Shown piece after piece: positions 9,997 to 21,159 of a stretch of DNA of 64,000 nucleotides. Source of the stretch: Octopus sinensis (lineage: Eukaryota); NCBI RefSeq assembly GCF_006345805.1, contig NW_021833803.1, positions 4,550 to 68,549 of the forward strand, in the 5' to 3' direction. Position 1 is the first letter of the stretch. Every line of letters starts with the position of its first letter. Under the pieces are notes generated by a model, which was given only the letters and a program-made list of their open reading frames with translations, did no database searches and had not been told where the DNA came from. The position numbers were made by a program, and so were the translations under genes.

Positions 9997-12341
9997 CACT
10001 AGGTGCAAAAAAAACCGTTTTTTCGAAATATCAAAAATTTACTATGCAACTACATTCGAACCCCGCCCCAACAAAAACCCCGCCTTGGGGCACCCTCTGT
10101 TTTTGGGGCGATTTTATTTTTTAGTACATTTTTCAGCAATAATTTCCAAATTTGGAAATTATCAAAACCCCACTATGGGGCACTTTACTAATTTATTTTA
10201 ATATTATTACATAACATTTTTTTGAATAATATTATTTATAAACATTTGATACTTATCTTTGTGTAATGCCTTCCAAGATTTCTATTGAAAAAAAATTAAA
10301 ATTGCAAAGTGTCTACAAACTTCTTCTGAAAGAGAAGTTGTAAAAAAATTCAAGATAAGCAAAGGCACTATTTGAGGAAAATAGAGAAGAATTAGTTGAG
10401 GATAAAAATTGCGGGGAAGAAGTCCTGGAAGAAATAATAACCGAAGTAATATCTGAAGAAAATGAAGATCTAGCCAAAAGTCGCGAATTTTATAATGGAA
10501 CTGGGATAGAGGACAAAACAACGATATTAGAAACGTATGAAATGATGGATAAGTTGGAAAATGTAGCGCAAAATACATCTTTCGAGACACTCCAAAAATA
10601 TTACGAGTTTAGATTTCAACTTGGAAAAGATTTAAGAAATAAGAAAAATTTGAAATTGACTGATTATTTCAAAAAAATGTTTTAAAAATAATGATTTATT
10701 TTAATCAAAATCAAATTAAAAAACAGAATAGAAATCTATCGAACTATAGAGCAAAAAAGCACAACTTATTGTATTATCGGCATATAAACACTTTGAGAGA
10801 TGTGAAAGAGTTCTTTGTTCGCAAAGTAAACCAAAATTTAAGTTAAATAAACTATAATTCAATAGTTTGAACCAGACCCCTGTTTGGAAGGGCACCCCCG
10901 CTTTGGTGCCCCACCCCGGGGTTAGACTGTATATTGTTTTTATTAAAGAATTGAATAATTTATCATTTTTTAACACTAGTTTTATTTTTATATTTGAACT
11001 TGTAATCATTTTTACTTAACAAATTATAACTAACAAAAAATCAAACGCAATAAAAAACCGTTTTATTTTTGATTATTTCAGGTTAGTATTCAATATGGTC
11101 CCCTTTTGCCTTAAAAAGCTTTTGTGCTCTATTCGGCATGCTTTCGATTAATTTTTTTTATAAAACTAATCGGTATTTCGTTCCAAATATTTTCGATTTT
11201 TTCTTTCAATTCCGAAACATTCTTTGGATGAAAGGTGTTTAATTCCCTCTTCATATGAGCCCATATATGTTCGATCGGATTTAAATCCGGTGATTGAGGT
11301 GCCCATGGTAAAAGGTTTACTTTCTTTTCTTGAAAAAATCGCATAGTCATCTTGGAAGTATGACATGGTGCCATGTCTTGTTGGAAAATAAAGTCACTAA
11401 GCTCCATTTTTTTGCAGATTCCCATAAATGGTTACATAGTGTGTTGATATAAAGTGCGGAATTCATATTCCCGTGTATAAAAGCAAGCGAGCCCATTCCG
11501 TAATAGGAAAAACAGCCCCAGACCATAACTTTCCCCCCACCAAATTTTACAGTAGGCGAAAGGTTGCTTTTTTGAAGGCCTGTATTGTTTTTCCGATAAC
11601 AATATTGCCGTTTTTTAATATTAAAAACTTCGAAACTGCATTCGTCACTGAAAATTGTCCTCATCCATTCAGTGTTTGGCACAGTAATGAAATGCTTTGC
11701 CATGTTATAGCGTTTTTCACTATTTATTTTGTTCAATAATGGTTTTTTTCTAAATACACGAGCATATATTTGCTCCCTTCTTAAATAATTTGCGATGGAT
11801 CTTTTACCGACTGTTCTTCCGGTTATTTTACGGAGATCATTCCTTAAGCAATCAGCTTTTTTTGGGGAGTCCTCTTTAACCAGGTTGAGTAAAATAAGGA
11901 TATCGTCCTTATTAAGAATTTTTGGTCTCCCCGAACCTTTCATTCTTTCAGTCGTACCATATTTAATGAATTTTCGGATGAAGTCAGCGATAGTTGATTG
12001 CGGGATATTAAGCTCGTCAGATATTTTTTTAGTGGTCCAATTTAACGCATTCAAGCTTAGAATCTTTCCTTTTGTTATTACATCAAGTATTCGTAATTTT
12101 ATCGAGGGTTAAAATTCTAAAAAAAATAAAAAATGTCACACTCAGCAGAATAAACGTTTTTTTTATTGCGCTCGTGTAATTAAAATTTTTAATATAGACA
12201 TATAACACAATACAAAAAAAATATAACAAAATTGATTTAGGGTTAATTTAATGATCATTTTCGATATCGACAAAGAAAAATCACGGTTATCTCTGCAAAA
12301 TATGCCGTATTTAAAAAAACGGTTTTTTTTTGCACCTAGTG
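9997..12341 (-). mobile_element. Tc1 DD34E transposon, full length, with a nested pogo derivative
   Basis: TIR CACTAGGTGCAAAAAAAACCGTTTTT at both ends with TA TSD. Transposase 11129-12054 has FSDE, VMVWGCF, FQQD..H and SPDLNPIE (34 aa between D and E). One frameshift lies in an A7 run at ~11410. Confidence 0.95.
10053..10929 (+). mobile_element. non-autonomous pogo/Tigger-like element nested in Tc1
   Basis: Termini CATTCGAACCCCG / CGGGGTTAGACTG with TA TSD, and GGGGCACCC subterminal motifs. Plus strand encodes KIKIAK..SEREVVKKFKISKGTI* and a C-terminus ..YYEFRF..LKLTDYF. Confidence 0.8.
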
Positions 12342-12739
12342 TACTTCGCTGAAGCATTCAACCAAATAGTTTAATGGAAAAGGAATAAAAGCATTAACCT
12401 CTCGTCCATAGATTAGGGAATTTGTTTGGTAAATCAATTTATATCCAAAAAATTCTTCAATGATCTTCGAAAAGTTAAATTGTCATTGTTTCAGATTGCA
12501 AATCTATTATGTCTTTTGGTATCTTAATCTCACCCGCGGAAGATTTTATAATGTATAGAACAATAATACAAATAACTAAGGCGGGATAACTAAGCTGAAT
12601 AAATTAGGTGTAATATTCTAGTTAGTTAGTTACCCCGGCTTTTCTAGCATGTAGGAAGCCGGCTGCAATCAGGTAGCGAGAAGCAGAGATTTGGCACTAT
12701 TAGAAATCTCAAATTCCAATAGGTAGTGACAGGTGAGGA

Positions 12740-12990
12740 GTTCTATTTCGTTCGTACGAATTATCCCTTAGAACCACAGATTATTAGTAGCTGAACACAG
12801 GTCTGATAAACGTATAGGAACGTTTCTGTGTTAAGACAGAATCGCCTCAGTCCTTTTAGGATTTCTGCACTTTGAAAACGCCTTTCGTGCACATGTAGTT
12901 TGTAAGACCCGGTGATGACTACTGTTGTTTCCAAGTAGCGTAGGTTCTTTGATATAATCAGGTTCCCATAATGTTCGAAAGTCGGTTTTT
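12740..12990 (-). mobile_element. Jockey/I-like LINE fragment (same family as 32.8 kb and 47.3 kb)
   Basis: KNLRYLETT..LKGLRRFCLNTETFLYVYQTCVQ resembles KNLSYLGAT..LTRFHLDPETYIYVYKTCVQ. Confidence 0.7.
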
Positions 12991-13113
12991 GTCACGACTC
13001 ATCAAACCTTCTGTGTGGGCTCCACACATCAAGACAATCGTAACAAAGATATCGTCCGCGTTTTTTTTAGCTTATTAAATTTTTTATGCATACTAATGTT
13101 GATAAATTTTCAG

Positions 13114-13162
13114 CCCAGGGCGTATCAAAGCCACTGAAGGCCATAGTTTGACCACCTCCTCT
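13114..13162. mobile_element. minimal hAT-like MITE remnant (inverted copy at ~32565-32615; partial at ~14640)
   Basis: CAGGGCGTATCAAA...GGCCATAGTTTGACCACCTC resembles hAT/Charlie termini. Confidence 0.4.
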
Positions 13163-13253
13163 TTAGATAGCATTATTTTGTTTTAATTATTTTAGATTTA
13201 ATTACATTTATTAATTTATTTTAAATAAAAATCATAGCATTAATTTCTTTTAA

Positions 13254-14030
13254 ATGCTTGACATACTTATCTTCATAGTCTTTCTTGATTTTTTCACTGC
13301 GAAGTCAAATTGTCCTTTGTCTAATAACGAAATGTGATGCCTAATTAATTTATTATTATATATTCTAGTTCTAACTGTTTTTACAATGAATCATTAAAAA
13401 ATGATAAATTGTACGAAATTGTAATTAAAAATGGAGTCACATTTACAGAAAATCCACGATTTACGAATTTAATTTCTATTGATACATTGTAACCTTCGTA
13501 AATTATATTTAGTGAATGCGATGGTAACTCTTTGCACAAACTGGTTGAAGATTCATTTAAAGGACTCAAATTTTTATGGATCATGTATATTGTTTTTTAT
13601 ATTCTATTGATATCTCCGTTTATGTAGTATGCTTCGTTACATCAATATCAATACTTTTTCTGACATTCCACTTGAATTCATGTTTTATTAAAATAGTTAA
13701 TCACATATTTAGGGATATGCCGAAAGGATCGACTTTTATTTCGTTCAATTTAAAGATAGATCTACTTATGTAAGATAAAATTATTGAAGATATCGTTTTA
13801 GAATTTCTATGTTTACTAATCAGCATCTCTGTCTTCTGGAAAATACTGCACAACCAGTTGCGTTTGTGTTTTTTATTATTTCGTTTTAGATTCAAGCCTT
13901 CAAAAATAACACAAGTTGGATTAACAAACAAAATTTTTGTTGTGTCTTACGGAACATTACAGTTTATAGAATCTGATGGTAAAAACTGCTTGTTTAATAA
14001 TAGTTTGCTCTAATTGCCAACCCACAATAA
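13254..14030 (+). CDS. small secreted LRR-like protein, copy 1 (~185 aa, ~8 exons)
   Basis: Signal-peptide-like MLDILIFIVFLDFFTAKSNC. Two consecutive 72-nt phase-2 exons (13513-13584 ECDGNSLHKLVEDSFKGLKFLWI; 13610-13681 YLRLCSMLRYININTFSDIPLEF) fit LRR exon periodicity. The frame is preserved relative to the paralog. The 3' exons are less certain. Confidence 0.55.
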
Positions 14031-14199
14031 CTAATAACATACTTTGTCCTGCTCAACTAAATCTAAGTTCGACCAAAAATATTAAATTAACATTTTTCTT
14101 GGAATAATTTTAATTTAACCTCATTCTGATTTTTTAATTTGATGAACTTTGATTAATCAGTAGTAATTAAAAAAGCCGAAATCCCAATGACATTTCTTT

Positions 14200-14655
14200 T
14201 ACAAAGATCAAAGATCTTATCATTTCTAGTTTTTTTTAAAAAGGAACTTTATTTCTACTGGGAACCTTGCAAACAACGCGGAGCGCGTAACACTTTATAA
14301 ATAAAAAATTCCTCAAAGCATCACTTTTTGCACTCATTGAATTCGAAACGTCATCAATACTTTATACAAGACATCGGGAAAATGATTAATTACAGTAGAA
14401 ATGAGCTATGGGAATCATCATCTTGATGAAGGCGCTGAGAGCAAAAAGTGATGTTTTTAGATATTTTTATTTATAAAGTTTTATGCGCTCCGCGTTGTTC
14501 GCAAGGTGCCCAGTAGAAATAGAGTTCCTTTTTAAAAGGGTTTTTTTAGTTCCTTTTAGGTAAATCGAAAAACTAAAAATGATGAAATCTTCTTTGTATT
14601 TTTAAATCTAAAATAATTAAAACAAAATTATATTATCTACAGAGGAGGTGGCCAA
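14200..14655. repeat. inverted repeat / foldback
   Basis: 14239-14338 is inverted at 14435-14535 (~85-90% by eye), and 14603-14655 is the inverse of 13146-13202. Confidence 0.8.
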
Positions 14656-14662
14656 ATTAATA

Positions 14663-14930
14663 CAGTAAACTCTCTCGAATCCGCCATTTCTGTTCCTGAG
14701 CGAAATCTGGCGGATTCTAGAAGGGTTTTTATCGATTTTTAAATTATTTTCTAATAAACAAATGAATTTTTTAATCAAAATCAGTAATTTTAGTTTTTAA
14801 TCTAGATTTTCTTAGTTTTTGACCAATATTTTTCCATGTCTGTCACATTCACTTCAAAATAGTTTCTTAAGGTGTCGAATGCGCGAAAAGGATCTATGAT
14901 AACCACATTTTCATTTTTGCTGGTCTAAAT
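14663..14930 (-). mobile_element. pogo-like 3' end fragment
   Basis: TA-CAGTAAACTC terminus and C-terminal ..SRLKTKITDF. An inverted copy lies at ~29000-29283. Confidence 0.65.
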
Positions 14931-15039
14931 TAAATCTTCGTGATAGCCCTATCGCAGGAAAAATTTATCTGAGAGGCAACTAATTACAAAGTACAAAACA
15001 AGTAAAGAAGCTGTTTAGTTAATTGCCTTAGATACAAAT

Positions 15040-15120
15040 TCAGAAATTGGATTTACTTCTTTTAAAGCTTCCAATGGGTGGCATGATAGATTTAAATTAC
15101 GAAATGAGCTTTAATTCAGG
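15040..15120 (+). mobile_element. pogo CENP-B HTH fragment
   Basis: EIGFTSFKASNGWHDRFKLRNEL. Confidence 0.6.
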
Positions 15121-16149
15121 TCTTCATCTATCCTCTACTACCAGCCTCTTTTTAAATAAATATTTTTCTTCAAGCCGGATGCAATCAGGTAGCGAGAAGC
15201 AAGATTGGGCGCTATCAGAGATCTCAATTTAATAAACGATGACAATCCTGGATTACCATAGTTTATTGATGTTTTGACAAATTTTTTGTAGATCAGAGCG
15301 AGGCATTCTTTGGCTTGGCCATAAGTCACGTAATGTGTTCAGCTTGCGTTTGACTTTGGTGGAACTGAACTTCATGTGTTGGGTATTCTAAGGGTATACC
15401 AAAATTTTTAACTTATAATTCAACCTACTGCCAAATTCGGATAAGGAAATATTAATTTTGAAAATATAATTTGTATCATCTTCTAGACCGCTTAAAATAA
15501 GTGATTCTTCACAAATATAATATTGATTATGCCAGGTCAATGAGTGTAATTTCTTGTTTAGGTCTAATATCATGAATTATTCTTATAAAAATTTTGACAA
15601 TTATGGTTACACAAATTATAGGGTCATATTCAGAAATTGTAAAACATGGTTTTTATAGAAGAGGAAAAAAAAAGAGTTTGTGAACATAAATTCGCATAAA
15701 TTATAATTCCATTAGTGCCGCGCATCAATGATTATGAGACTAGTCTTTTTTACCTTTCTTAGTTGATGCCAGGCTCCAAAGATGCTGAGGTTTTTCCAAT
15801 CCTGTAGTCTTTTCACTGGCTTTCGGTCATAATTTAGAACTTGGACGACCTCGGAACTTTATTCTAGCTGTTTTGAAGAATTCTTTCATGGTAATCATTA
15901 CCTACTCTATTCTTTAAATCTATCTAAAAAATTTCCTGCGCATTTCCATGATTAAGCTTATGGCTTCAGAAAAGAATTTTTCTTGTTTAGGCTTTATAAA
16001 ATCGCCGATACACTGACGATATTATGGAAATTTTCCTACGCTAATGATGCTGATTTTGTTCCAATTAATAAAGAAGCTCAACGGGGGTTCTAAAAACACC
16101 AAAATATTAATATGGGACGAATCGGAACACGTTATAGTAAGAAAACGGT

Positions 16150-16790
16150 GAGGGCAGTCTGGAAGTTAGAACCAATAGTACTAGTTACCTCTCTAAAAAA
16201 ACTATGTCAACTATTATCAGAACCCGTATATAAAAATTCGTTGATCGATATCTCTCTTGTGGTTAAAGTGGTTCAGACCTAAAGATCCCCCAGAGCTAAT
16301 GTTGTCTGGAACCATCGGTAGATAATTTCATTATTTCAAAAGTACAAACGATTTTTTCATATCCTGGGAGTCGACACAAGTAAGGATTTTGACACCATCA
16401 ACAGGAGTAAGTTACTTACCGTGATGAAAGATATTATCGATGAAAGTGAACTACTCGTTAGAGTTGGCACTATTCCATTTCTACCAATGTTGGAACATCA
16501 CAAGGGGAAACGGTATTAACCGTATTATTTATCTTCCATCTGGAGGCATCTTTGAGAAATCTAAGAGAACAAAACGGAAGGTTGTGAAATCACTTAATGG
16601 AACTCATTTACACGGATGATGTCGATTTTATTTGTTAAGAACATTCACAGTTATTTCATATCTGTGAAGTCAAAAAAATGAACTTAAGTTCAAAACATGT
16701 GTGGCTTCTACACAGAGGGGTTATCGGGTCGAAACAGAGACTAGACCAACTGACTTGTATCTAGGGAGAACACGAGTGACGGATGTCTAA
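16150..16790 (+). mobile_element. degenerate RTE-clade RT
   Basis: LEPIVLVTSLKK, VVWNHR, HILGVDTSKDFDTINRSKLL, TNVGTSQG and FTDDVDF, with stops and frameshifts. Confidence 0.65.
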
Positions 16791-16929
16791 GTTTTCATTT
16801 TAATTTTTGTGTCAAATCTTAATAAATCATTTTCAGATTTGTTAAATTTCTAGATTATTGCTATTGCACAAATAAGCAATTTTTATTACTTATTTTATTT
16901 TCATAATAATTTTTAAAATAGATAACATT

Positions 16930-17860
16930 ATGAATTTTCGAAAAATGTTATCATTGTAATAGATGCTATGAAACGAAGTGTGCTTAAGGTAGATTCATAT
17001 TTTTAAAAGTGTAGAAAAAATTAAAAGATATAGTAAAAGATAGCGAGATTTCTGAAAGTATTTTAAGAAAAGCTGATTACTTTATAAAAAATAACTGGGA
17101 ATTATTTCAGTATCTTTGTCGAAAAATAGATGTCAACAATTCAGAAAAATTAAAAATTCTTGATTTAAAAAAAAGTTTTTTGCTTTCAGAAATGTTAGTT
17201 TTTCAAGACATGAGTTGTATTTTTAACGGGAAGGAAATTCTTTACTTATCTTCTTTACTTGATTACGAAGATACAGGAGAGTTTAATTACAATCAGTGTG
17301 AAAACGGATTTTCTTTGATAAAATATGAGAGAATTAAATTATTTTTAGTTATTTTTACGGAAACGTATTGCTCGAAAAAATTGGATGTCCTAAAAAAGAG
17401 TTAACTTCGAAAATTATATCATCCTCTCATAAGGAGCTTAAGCCTTGCGAAAAATGTGGGATTCTAGTTCAATTTGAAAAAGTACATAACGCACAGTTAT
17501 TTTTAAAGTTGAAGAATTTTTAGATATATCAACTTAAAATGTGTTCTAGCGACATTTGCAGATATTGAATCGCCATTTCACCACATGATTAGTGCTTTGC
17601 CGACACACTCAACTATACAATACGTAATAACGAAAATTGTGGAAGATTTAAATTTGTCCAGCATTAAACTTTTAATATACAGCGACCTTTCAAAGTCCAA
17701 CATACTTGGTACGAGTTTAACAATTTCTGACTGTGGGTTAATTGGAGGAAGTTTCTTTTATCCAACCGAGTATACGTTATTTTACGACTTTGATGTTCCC
17801 TTCATTGAATGCCCAATAGTAAATTATATGATTGGATGGGATCTTAATAGTAATTTCTAA
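16930..17860 (+). CDS. hypothetical multi-exon protein (Cys motifs; unidentified)
   Basis: Exon-like open stretches (KKLKDIVKDSEISESILRKAD, KELKPCEKCGILVQF, the 91-aa terminal ORF 17585-17860) separated by short GT-AG segments. No family recognised. Confidence 0.35.
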
Positions 17861-18379
17861 TTTTAATTTATGTAATTTTTTTACTCCTAGAACCTATAAA
17901 AGTAAAAAAAACTTATTCAGAATCGTAAAATAATAAAATACCAATTACGATCGTTAGCTTATAAAATACTAAAAACTTAAACATCTTTTTCGCAGTGTAA
18001 ACCAGGACTTAGTAAATTAAAAACGAATTATATTTTAGAAATAAGCTGTGAATTTTAAAGTAAAATTAAAATAATTGCGTGTTATAGTAAAATGCTATTT
18101 TTTCGTTGCAATTTAAATGACGCATGTCTAATTTGGTGATGCTATAAAAACAAAGTTAGAATGAAATCACAAATATTCCCTGGAAAACATTAAAATCAGA
18201 TCAAAAATTGAAAGATTGGGTAACAGGTACCTTAAATTTTTAGGCTACGTTTGGTTCGAAGAAGTGCCATCTATTAATTATATATTAAAAAATTATAAAT
18301 TAATAATTTTTTTAATTTTTGATATTTGAATTTTAACTGTATATATATAAAATAAATTCGAAATCGACTCATTTTCCTC

Positions 18380-18660
18380 GTCATCTCTCATCGACTCGAC
18401 TCTGCCTCCGCACATGCCGAAACGAAAAAAATTGCAAAGTACGCCTCATTGGAAAACACCTGCCTCTTCGTCCCCTGGCTTTCGAGACGAGTGGGATAAT
18501 CGGCCCAAAAGCCCTGGAGTCTCTTTCGGAGATTGGTTTGATGATCTCGAGGAAGAGTCACGAGAGACGTGAGTCTAGCTGGCTTTTTCAGCGCATTTCG
18601 CTGGCGATATTGCGCGGAAACTGCCTATCTATTCGCTCGTTCTCTCAATCAAAGAATTAA
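18380..18660 (+). mobile_element. CRE 3' fragment
   Basis: KIAKYASL..FVP.AFETSGIIGPKA..RESSWLFQRISLAILRGN. Confidence 0.85.
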
Positions 18661-18889
18661 CGACTGTTTATTAGAAAAATACTGACCAAAAAAACTAATT
18701 ACAATCAAACCCCTGTTAGTCGTCACCCCACTTACCAATTTCAGTTACTCGCCACTATTTTTAATTTTTTAATTAGAGAAACTTCTTCTAGTCGCTCCAT
18801 CCTCTATTCGCAAAGTGATTCAGATAAGCAAACCCGCCTTTTTCCCTTCAAGGTACTGACGGGCAGGAGCGATGTTAAAGACATACTAA

Positions 18890-19120
18890 TTTGGTGATAA
18901 ATCTCTCTTATACGCTTGTCCAGTTAGAACGTTCTTTCCCATGGTTCAACCCTGTTTCTAGAAGAAACAATCATGTTCTCAAGGGTCTTCTTTATAGTGA
19001 GCGATTGAATGTATGCGTGCTTTCTCTCACTGATGTTAAGCGAACGTGCATATTGCAAGAATTGTTGAGTAACCAACCCATTCCATGTTAATACAATGGG
19101 TACTATTTTCACTTTGAAAA
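18890..19120 (-). mobile_element. R4/Dong-like C-terminal fragment
   Basis: KIVPIVLTWNGLVT..HAYIQSLTIKKTLE. Confidence 0.75.
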
Positions 19121-19363
19121 TATGGGTCTTAGCTTAAATCGAATTGCCTCAATTTTCTCGACTCTTTCGAAGAAAAAAATTCGAAAACTATAATACAATA
19201 CTTTTAATATTAACGCAATTCAAATGATCAATATATTAATCGAGGATACGATTTTTACAAAAACCAACATTGAACGATTATTTTTTTTAATAATTTTTTT
19301 CAAATAAAATTTTCATTAATCATTTTTTATTAAATGGGTTTTGAACAACATAACAATTTTTTT

Positions 19364-19648
19364 TCAGGAGTTATAGCCCAGCCGAACGGATTGCTTGCGG
19401 ATTGCGAGCGAGATCCTCTGCCTCAACCAAGAGGACTCGCGAGCATTCATTTTCTTCCGACCAATGAGGATGCTGAGGTCTTTTATGAAGCATGAGGTGA
19501 GCGGACCGGAAGCGCCTAATGTCTCAAAAGCCACATGCACGAAGGAATGTCGAGTGGCAAGATTCTTGTACTTTTCTACTTTGCGGGCTTCCGCCAAAGC
19601 CGCGGCCGAGCCGGAAGAAGCAGATGACAGTAAAGCGGATGGGGACAT
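19364..19648 (-). mobile_element. CRE 3' fragment
   Basis: AAALAEARKVEKY..FVHVAFETLG..RESSWLRQRISLAI. Confidence 0.85.
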
Positions 19649-19789
19649 TATTAATTATTTAGTTACTCACCAATTTCAGTTACTCGCCATTTTTTTGCTT
19701 GGTCCAAAATTTGGCGAGTAAACGGGGTTTGACTGTATTAAAAAAAGTTCGAAATCTCTGCTGGTTTTTCGTCGATCTTGAAACCCACT

Positions 19790-20080
19790 CGACTCAACAG
19801 GTGCGAGGGAAAACATCCTGACAAAATAACCAAGTGCTCTCTTTAGGCACGGCTACTGGACATGCCTGTTTTCTGGTCGAAACCAGAAAGGAATTGAAGT
19901 ATGCCTCTTTTCCAAACAGCGTGGAATTGCTCCCAATTGTATCCAAAACGAGTGTTATTATCGGTGAAACGGCCAGGGCATTCCTGAAGAAGATCAATAA
20001 AATGATTGCGGAACACATTCTACCGAGGAAAGAACTTTTAGTTTTTTCCAGAGTATCTAAGTGACGATCTTCAGTGCCTG
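19790..20080 (+). mobile_element. CRE 3' fragment, degenerate
   Basis: LNRCEGKHPD..ETRKELKYASF..LLPIV..TSVIIG. Confidence 0.6.
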
Positions 20081-20190
20081 GCTATGGACAGAGCAAAAAA
20101 TTCTCTACTCTTGACCCAAGAATAACTAATTATTCTATTAACTAAACAATATTCATGTTTTATTTCATACAAAATAAGAAATACAATAAT

Positions 20191-20970
20191 TTATTTAATT
20201 GAAAATTTTTTTAGTAGCATTATGAAACTAATACAACATACTAAGATATTTTTTCCAGAAAAGATCGAAAAATATCCTTTTAAATTAAATGACAGATATA
20301 ATCTGACAATCAAGAAAATAAAATTGATCCCCAAAATAGACGAAAATATAGCAATAAAACATTTTTCACTATAATCGTCTCTATTTAGAGCCCACTGTTT
20401 ATAATTGGTACAATATATTATCACAATTAGAGAGATAAATATGAAGCTTAACGTCGTTATTAAAGGAAATGGGATTATTTGTGATAAAGATTCAATACCA
20501 TGACGTGAATAAACAAGACTATGAAAATCAATTGAGTCGAGAAAATCGACAAATGCTAAATATTTGCCATAATACGTGTTTTTAGGATTATATATACTTG
20601 TAATTATGTTCAAAATATAAAATAAAAATCCTAAACATATTTCTATCACACAAATGATTGTAGGTGAAACAGAGTAGAGAAATGAAAATTTAACAAATGT
20701 CATCACAAACAATAACTCAAAAGATAAAAATAACAGCAATATTTGATGTTTAATTATTTTAATTTTATGACTTGATTTTTTAAAAGAACGGTGAAAAATA
20801 ATAAAAATAGTAAAAATCGAAATGCAAATAAAATCACCAAACAACCATAGCAAATGTATAGAATTTTGTTTAACTAGTCTTTCAGATAGAAATCCTGTTT
20901 GCCCTCCATATATACAAATAAACAAAAAACATAAAGTTAAATATTCAACTTTAGTCAAATCAGAATTCAT
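20191..20970 (-). CDS. TMEM121: TMEM121/CECR6-family multipass membrane protein
   Basis: 259-aa hydrophobic ORF. LFGDFICI, FVDFLDSIDFHSLVY and SIFSGKNI align with TMEM121 motifs as I recall them (LVGDVCF, LDLLDLLDMQASLW, AIFVGKNV). Confidence 0.6.
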   Translation of the reverse strand: MNSDLTKVEYLTLCFLFICIYGGQTGFLSERLVKQNSIHLLWLFGDFICISIFTIFIIFHRSFKKSSHKIKIIKHQILLLFLSFELLFVMTFVKFSFLYSVSPTIICVIEICLGFLFYILNIITSIYNPKNTYYGKYLAFVDFLDSIDFHSLVYSRHGIESLSQIIPFPLITTLSFIFISLIVIIYCTNYKQWALNRDDYSEKCFIAIFSSILGINFIFLIVRLYLSFNLKGYFSIFSGKNILVCCISFIMLLKKFSIK

Positions 20971-21159
20971 CGATTATGAATTATATTATATAAACTAAAT
21001 TTTTTATTTATACATTCGGAACAGATCGAAACTAAAAATGACATCTGCGAATGTATTGACAGAATATTTATTGACCAATTTTTTCAATTGATGAAATCTA
21101 AATTTTATATACATTTTACATCCAAAGTGCTGTTTGACCTCGTTTAACGAAAGTAATAA

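Larger units (their letters stand above)
18702..19735. mobile_element. pogo-type MITE with nested R4-like and CRE fragments
   Basis: TA-CAATCAAACCCC ... GGGGTTTGACTG-TA, and internal direct repeat CCAATTTCAGTTACTCGCCA at ~18741 and ~19670. Confidence 0.7.

Noticed and set aside
13114-14655. LRR gene captured inside a hAT Pack element
   Set aside because: Both hAT-like termini lie within about 50 bp upstream of the gene rather than flanking it, and no TSD was found around the unit.
15388-15573. Fibronectin type III-like snippet (LILSGLEDDTNYIFKI)
   Set aside because: Only a short motif, and I could not build flanking exons.
20191-20970. Intronless TMEM121 as a retrogene
   Set aside because: As I recall, the family has a single coding exon in other animals, and there is no poly(A) remnant or TSD.
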